A stretch of 64,000 bases of DNA from Smithella sp. (lineage in GTDB: Bacteria; Desulfobacterota; Syntrophia; Syntrophales; Smithellaceae): positions 70,178-134,177 of the forward strand of contig JAGPFC010000002.1 of assembly GCA_018056685.1 (NCBI GenBank), in the 5' to 3' direction. The notes under the pieces are model-generated. The model ran no database searches. It saw only the letters and a list, made by a program, of their open reading frames with translations, and was not told the origin of the DNA. Position numbers and translations under genes: made by a program. Positions 59,375-64,000 of the stretch are shown one piece after another. The first letter of the stretch is position 1. The number at the start of each line of letters is the position of its first letter.

Positions 59375-60488
59375 TGACTTTTATTCCTTCCGACAGATTG
59401 TTCTGTCCGACCACCACAATCTGTTCTTTTGCATTCAGGCCTTCAATAATTTCGATGTCTTCTCCATATTTGCGGCCTGTCGTTACCTTCCGTTCACGCG
59501 CCAGATTTCCTTCCACAACAAAAAGGCTGACGGTTGCATTGTCGTATATTAAAGCCGTCAGAGGAGCGACAATGACTTCGCGGGGAGGTCCCGTGTAAAT
59601 GGTGGCCCTGACGAATAATCCCGGTTTCAGCACCCTGTCGGCATTGGGCACAATGGCCTCGGCCTGCAGCGTTCTGGTTCTTTCTTCCACGTTGGGATAA
59701 ATCAGGTTAACCTTGCCGCTGAATTTTTTACCGGGAAACGAATCAACCGTAAAATCGACGTCCTGTCCTGTTTTCAAATCGGCGATATCTTTCTCGCTGA
59801 CGGTAAAATTGAGTTTCAGCGGATCGACTTTAATCAAATGCAGAAGAGGCAGGCTTGTGCGCGCAAAATCTCCGGAGGAAACTTTTTTCTCTTTAACCAT
59901 GCCGTTGAGCGGCGAATATATTCTTGTCCGGGCAAGCCTTTCCGCGGAAGTTTCGAGCATGGATTTTGCCTTGGCGAGATCGGCTTCCGCCAGAATGACT
60001 CTTGTGGAGATATCATCGTACTGTTGTCTGGTGATCAATTCTTCCTTATAAAGAGATTCTTTCCTCTGAAACTCGGATTTCACATTGGCCAGACTGGCTT
60101 CTGCCTGCTTCATGGCCGCCTCAGCCCTTTGCTTGTCGAGTCTGTAATCGGTCTGATTGATTTCCACCAACAGACTCCCCTTGCTGACAGCGGATCCTTC
60201 CTCGACTTTGATGCTTTTCACAATGCCGTCCACCTCAGAGCTGACCATGACTTCTTCGTCCGCTCTTAAAGAACCTGTTGTTTCAATATAAGGTCGAACG
60301 ATTTTTTCTTGAGCGGCGGCAACGCGGACATTGATCAGGTTTTCCTTTTCCACCTTTTTTTCTTTTTTGCACGAGACCAGGGGTACGCTGATAAACACGA
60401 TCAGTAAAATCAAGAATAATAATTTTAATAAACCGCCTTTTGACGATCTTTTAATATTGAAGCCAATGCGCTTTTTCACAACCATCAT
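59361..60488 (-). CDS. RND efflux periplasmic adaptor (membrane fusion protein), lipoprotein
   Basis: 375 aa. Lipobox ...PLVSC, coiled-coil hairpin, HlyD/biotinyl-lipoyl-like and beta-barrel regions. Overlaps the RND start by 14 nt. Confidence 0.88.
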   Translation of the reverse strand: MMVVKKRIGFNIKRSSKGGLLKLLFLILLIVFISVPLVSCKKEKKVEKENLINVRVAAAQEKIVRPYIETTGSLRADEEVMVSSEVDGIVKSIKVEEGSAVSKGSLLVEINQTDYRLDKQRAEAAMKQAEASLANVKSEFQRKESLYKEELITRQQYDDISTRVILAEADLAKAKSMLETSAERLARTRIYSPLNGMVKEKKVSSGDFARTSLPLLHLIKVDPLKLNFTVSEKDIADLKTGQDVDFTVDSFPGKKFSGKVNLIYPNVEERTRTLQAEAIVPNADRVLKPGLFVRATIYTGPPREVIVAPLTALIYDNATVSLFVVEGNLARERKVTTGRKYGEDIEIIEGLNAKEQIVVVGQNNLSEGIKVNVAR

Positions 60489-60535
60489 TTTATCCTCCTG
60501 AATCGTAAGCCGGTAAGGCCTCCCATTATTTATTT

Positions 60536-61900
60536 TTACTCATTATTTTCATGATGCCAGAAAACCAATTTATCGAGCGGCACCGCTTTCGGTGAAAGCA
60601 CCGCCTGCCCATCAACCCATTGCAGCAGGGTGCCGCTTGTTTTCTTCACCAGCAGATAGGCAATCTGATAATTATATAAAGCTTTCGCTACATCTCGCTC
60701 CGCGGTCACAAGCAGTGTATTGGCATCCATCACATCCAGAGTGGTCGCCAGACCGTTTTCGAACTGCTTCAGCACCGCATTGTAATTGTCCTTCGCGAAA
60801 ATCTGCTGATCTTCCAGAAATTTCAGCGAGCCCCTTAACGTTTCCAGATCCAGACAGGCAGCCTTCAATTCAACATCTATGCTCTTCTTCAGATCGTCAT
60901 AAGCCAGTATGGCCTGACGCTCTTTGGCTTTTGCCTCCCTATATTCTGCCGTTCTCAAGCCGCCTTCAAAAAAAGGAAACGACAGGGAAACGCCGCCGTA
61001 AATATTCTCGTCGTTGAAGGTTGCGCCGGCCGGTTTCTGATCCGCCCGGTTATAAACGGCGAACAGACCCACGCTGGGCCAGAAAGCGCCGCGGGCGTAT
61101 TTCACCTGCTGCTCGGCCATTTGAGTTTGCATGTCATAACTTTTCAAATCAGACCGTTTCTCCAGCGCCGTCTGCCGCAAGCTGGTCCATTCACACCCTT
61201 CTGATGACTGTAATTTTTGCTCCTTCAGTTGAAAATCAGACTCCACGGCCGTAACACGAACAAGAGCTGCTCTTGCCAATTGCAGGGCATTAGCGGCTCT
61301 CAGTTTATCGGCGTAAGCTCCCGACAGTTCACCTTTAGCGCGCAAAAGCGCCGTTTTCGTCAGTTCGCCGACCTTGACTCTCGTTTCCACGAAATAATGG
61401 TATTTCGTCAATCTTTCCAGATTGGCGTCTGCAATTTCCAGCGCTTTCTGAGCTTTCAGCACATCATAAAAAGAAGCCGCGACAACCAGAAGAAAATCCG
61501 ATTTGGCCGATTCCAGATCATATTCACTTTTGGTAATGGATTGACCGGCCATTTTCAAAGCGTCGAGTTCGCGCGCGCTCAGCGAAAAAGCCTGATCAGC
61601 CCGTACGCCCCACGTAGCCGCTTCATCCGGTTGAATCAGAATGCCTGTAGCGGTGTATTTATCTTCCGTGAACCAGTTTTGGGTACCGTAAGCCGTCAGA
61701 CGGGGAATCAACAGAGACAGAGCCTTATTCTTACTCATCTGCGCGATAAAGACATTTTCCCGCGCCATCTCGATTTTTTCCGACGTTTGCAGCGCCTGCT
61801 GATAAATTTCATTGAGCGTGTATTCTTTTGCTGTTAAGGATGCGGTAAAGATAACGACCGATCCCAGCGCGATGATGATATATGATAAAATTTTTCTCAT
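60536..61900 (-). CDS. TolC-family outer membrane factor (copy 2 in transcription order)
   Basis: 454 aa. Signal peptide and a duplicated OEP repeat architecture. Confidence 0.85.
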   Translation of the reverse strand: MRKILSYIIIALGSVVIFTASLTAKEYTLNEIYQQALQTSEKIEMARENVFIAQMSKNKALSLLIPRLTAYGTQNWFTEDKYTATGILIQPDEAATWGVRADQAFSLSARELDALKMAGQSITKSEYDLESAKSDFLLVVAASFYDVLKAQKALEIADANLERLTKYHYFVETRVKVGELTKTALLRAKGELSGAYADKLRAANALQLARAALVRVTAVESDFQLKEQKLQSSEGCEWTSLRQTALEKRSDLKSYDMQTQMAEQQVKYARGAFWPSVGLFAVYNRADQKPAGATFNDENIYGGVSLSFPFFEGGLRTAEYREAKAKERQAILAYDDLKKSIDVELKAACLDLETLRGSLKFLEDQQIFAKDNYNAVLKQFENGLATTLDVMDANTLLVTAERDVAKALYNYQIAYLLVKKTSGTLLQWVDGQAVLSPKAVPLDKLVFWHHENNE

Positions 61901-61926
61901 TCCCTGATCCTTTCACCGAATCACAA

Positions 61927-63273
61927 TTACGGCCAGATATTTCCAATCGCCCTCTGCAGCCGGGCATAATTGATATTGTAATCACCCAGAGCGTTGGCGT
62001 ATTCCGATTTTGCTCTCGTTAACAATGTCTGAGCGTCCAGAACTTCCGTGGACGTGCCGACACGCTCCTTGTATCTTTCCTCGGAAATGCGGAAATTTTC
62101 CTCAGCCTGTTCGATCAATTTTTGAGAGACAGCGATTTGACTTTCCGCTTCCTTTAACATCAGATAGGCATTTTTGATTTCCAGCGTAATCTGGTCGTTT
62201 AACTCCCGGGACGCGGAAATGGCTTGATTTTCTCTGGCCCGGCTGGCATCAACTCTGAATTTTGTTCTTCCCCATTCCCAGAAATTCCAGTTGGCTACCG
62301 CCATGACATACCAGCTCTCCGCATCCTTATAATCGCTGCCGGAAACGGAAGATTCATCGCCAAATCTCGTGTAATTGCCGACCAGACTCAAAGAAGGGAA
62401 ATATTCACCTTGCGATACGCGCACGTACTTTCCCGCCTGCCGGGCCTTGAGCGATGATATTTTCAGCTCCGGTCTTGACTGGCCGGCTATCTGCAGACAT
62501 TCTTCAAGCGTTTGCGCCAGAGGCTGGTACGTGAGGACATCCACCACGTCCACCGGCGCGACGATATCGCGTTTCAAAACGGTATTAAAACGTGCCTTGG
62601 CAAGTTCGACAGCATTCTGCGATCTGACCAGTGTCTGATTGCCGTTAGCCAGTTCGACTTCAGCGTAAAGCAAATCATTTTTAGGAATCATGCCGACCTG
62701 AAAATAGTTTTCAGCGACATCACGGTGTGCTTTCAGCATCACCACGGCCTGACGAGCCGCTTCCTGAATTTTCTGCGCCCGCAAAATGTTAAAATAGGCA
62801 ATTTTAACCTCCTGCACCACGTCCTGAATTTTTGCCGTTTCTTCCAAGCGCGCGATCTCCTCGCCAATGCTGTTGGCCTGATAGTTGGCCAGAATCGCTC
62901 CTCCGGCAAACAGCGGCTGCTTCGCTTCGAGGACCCAGTTGTAATTATCCTCCGTACCCACGGGAATTTCCATGCCGTTCATACCGTAAAGAGGTCCCAC
63001 GGGAAGACCCTGAAACCGGGAAAAAGGTGCTTCATTTAATCTGGAATAACTGTAAGACGTACTAAATCTGGGCAGAAATCCGGTCATTGCCTCCTTTTTC
63101 TGAGCCACGGCGCTTTTTGTTCCCTCCCTGGCAACATTCAGAACGATGCTGTTTTTCAAAGCGGTATCGATACTGGCCTCCAGCGTTAAAGGTTCTTCGG
63201 CATAAATGAAACTGGGGAAAAGAATAATCGCCAACAGCATTAAAAAAATAATGAATGATTTTTTACCTGTCAT
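61927..63273 (-). CDS. TolC-family outer membrane factor (copy 1 in transcription order)
   Basis: 448 aa. Signal peptide ...FIYAEEP and duplicated OEP repeats. Overlaps the tetR stop by 11 nt. Confidence 0.85.
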   Translation of the reverse strand: MTGKKSFIIFLMLLAIILFPSFIYAEEPLTLEASIDTALKNSIVLNVAREGTKSAVAQKKEAMTGFLPRFSTSYSYSRLNEAPFSRFQGLPVGPLYGMNGMEIPVGTEDNYNWVLEAKQPLFAGGAILANYQANSIGEEIARLEETAKIQDVVQEVKIAYFNILRAQKIQEAARQAVVMLKAHRDVAENYFQVGMIPKNDLLYAEVELANGNQTLVRSQNAVELAKARFNTVLKRDIVAPVDVVDVLTYQPLAQTLEECLQIAGQSRPELKISSLKARQAGKYVRVSQGEYFPSLSLVGNYTRFGDESSVSGSDYKDAESWYVMAVANWNFWEWGRTKFRVDASRARENQAISASRELNDQITLEIKNAYLMLKEAESQIAVSQKLIEQAEENFRISEERYKERVGTSTEVLDAQTLLTRAKSEYANALGDYNINYARLQRAIGNIWP

Positions 63274-63883
63274 GGGTTTTCACTCCATTTAAAAAAATGT
63301 CCAGAATAAATTTCTTTTTGGCGCTAGGTGATTCATTGTTCAGCGACAACATCCATTCTATTGAAGATGCTCTGATCAAATAAAACAGGGATTGAGCCAT
63401 GTCATTGACCGGCAAATTTCTTATGAGTCCTTTTTCTATACCTTCTTTTAACAGGTTTTCAATAAAATTTATATGTTGCAAATAGCCCTCGATAAGTTTT
63501 TCTCTCAAAGATGTCATGGTCTCCGACAAAACAGCGCTTTCACCCTTCAGAAACAACCGGCAAAAGTCCGCGTTTTTTTCCATAAACTGCAATTGAACGT
63601 CAACCAGCATGTCTATTTTATCAATGACATTTGCAACATTTTCGGTTGTCTTTCTGATTTCCGCATACATCACGTCGAGTTTCTCGCAAATCATGGATGT
63701 GTAAAGATTTTCTTTCCCGTCAAAAAACTGGTAAAGCGAACCGGTAGAGAAACCCGAAGCGCCGGCAATCTCCGCCATCGTGACATTATGGTAGCCCTTG
63801 ATAGAAAATATTTTTTCCGCGTGTTCGAGAATTTCGGCACGACGTGTATTAAACTCACGTTCTTTTCTTTCAGTTTTTACCAT
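63263..63883 (-). CDS. TetR/AcrR-family transcriptional regulator, first gene of the efflux operon
   Basis: 206 aa. N-terminal HTH region (FSIKGYHNVTMAEIAGASGFSTGSLYQFF). Confidence 0.9.
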   Translation of the reverse strand: MVKTERKEREFNTRRAEILEHAEKIFSIKGYHNVTMAEIAGASGFSTGSLYQFFDGKENLYTSMICEKLDVMYAEIRKTTENVANVIDKIDMLVDVQLQFMEKNADFCRLFLKGESAVLSETMTSLREKLIEGYLQHINFIENLLKEGIEKGLIRNLPVNDMAQSLFYLIRASSIEWMLSLNNESPSAKKKFILDIFLNGVKTHDR

Positions 63884-63896
63884 GAACGCATCTTTC

Positions 63897-63912
63897 TTGA
63901 ATGCTTATTCAA
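63897..63912. promoter_or_regulatory. palindrome TTGAAT-N4-ATTCAA, candidate TetR operator
   Basis: Perfect 6+6 inverted repeat located 14-29 nt upstream of the tetR start codon. A TTGACA hexamer (minus strand, 63958-63953) lies further upstream. Confidence 0.4.
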
Positions 63913-64000
63913 ATTTTGAACGATAATTCACAAATATAAGATTTCTGTCTTTTGTCAAGATAAATATGCAGGACAAAAATAACTTTTAACATCGGGCAGG

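Noticed and set aside
1-64000. CRISPR arrays, rRNA or tRNA genes, integrases or intact insertion sequences.
   Set aside because: None seen. No regularly spaced direct repeats, and every gap larger than 150 bp was read by eye.

Overview
This 64-kb window comes from a Gram-negative genome, probably an anaerobic Desulfobacterota-like one (inferred from gene content only), and it is mostly core genes. From 1 to 26.4 kb there is a single minus-strand block. It holds a partial membrane sensor kinase, lptD, folC, a DUF169 gene, a radical-SAM gene, a complete dcw cluster (mraZ-rsmH-ftsL-ftsI-murE-murF-mraY-murD-ftsW-murG-murC-murB-ftsQ-ftsA-ftsZ, no ddl), mltG and ruvX. From 26.4 to 29.1 kb is the only clearly decayed or accessory patch: an orphan ArnT/GT39-like glycosyltransferase flanked by two remnants of a Y1 (IS200/RayT-like) transposase gene. 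Downstream come a translationally coupled selB-fdhD-yhaM-like operon, fatty-acid genes (acyl-CoA ligase, crotonase, thiolase), nadD-proA, and a patatin / PflX-type radical SAM / methyltransferase trio. Next are a J-domain protein with four MshEN-like repeats, an rnk operon with small proteins, and a LuxR regulator. After those come two divergent peptidoglycan-remodelling genes, aconitase-icd-rlmN, and a YfhO-like membrane protein paired with a B12/radical-SAM enzyme. The window ends with a TetR-controlled RND efflux operon that has two tandem TolC genes, a frameshifted permease and a small P-II-like gene. I found no rRNA, tRNA, CRISPR array or intact mobile element, and no convincing self-contained new multi-gene system such as a defence island. 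The most unusual items are the J-domain/MshEN-like fusion, the RND operon architecture, the FdhD homologue lacking the Cys pair, and the repeat-flanked glycosyltransferase. All family assignments rest on motif recognition by eye; no database search was run.
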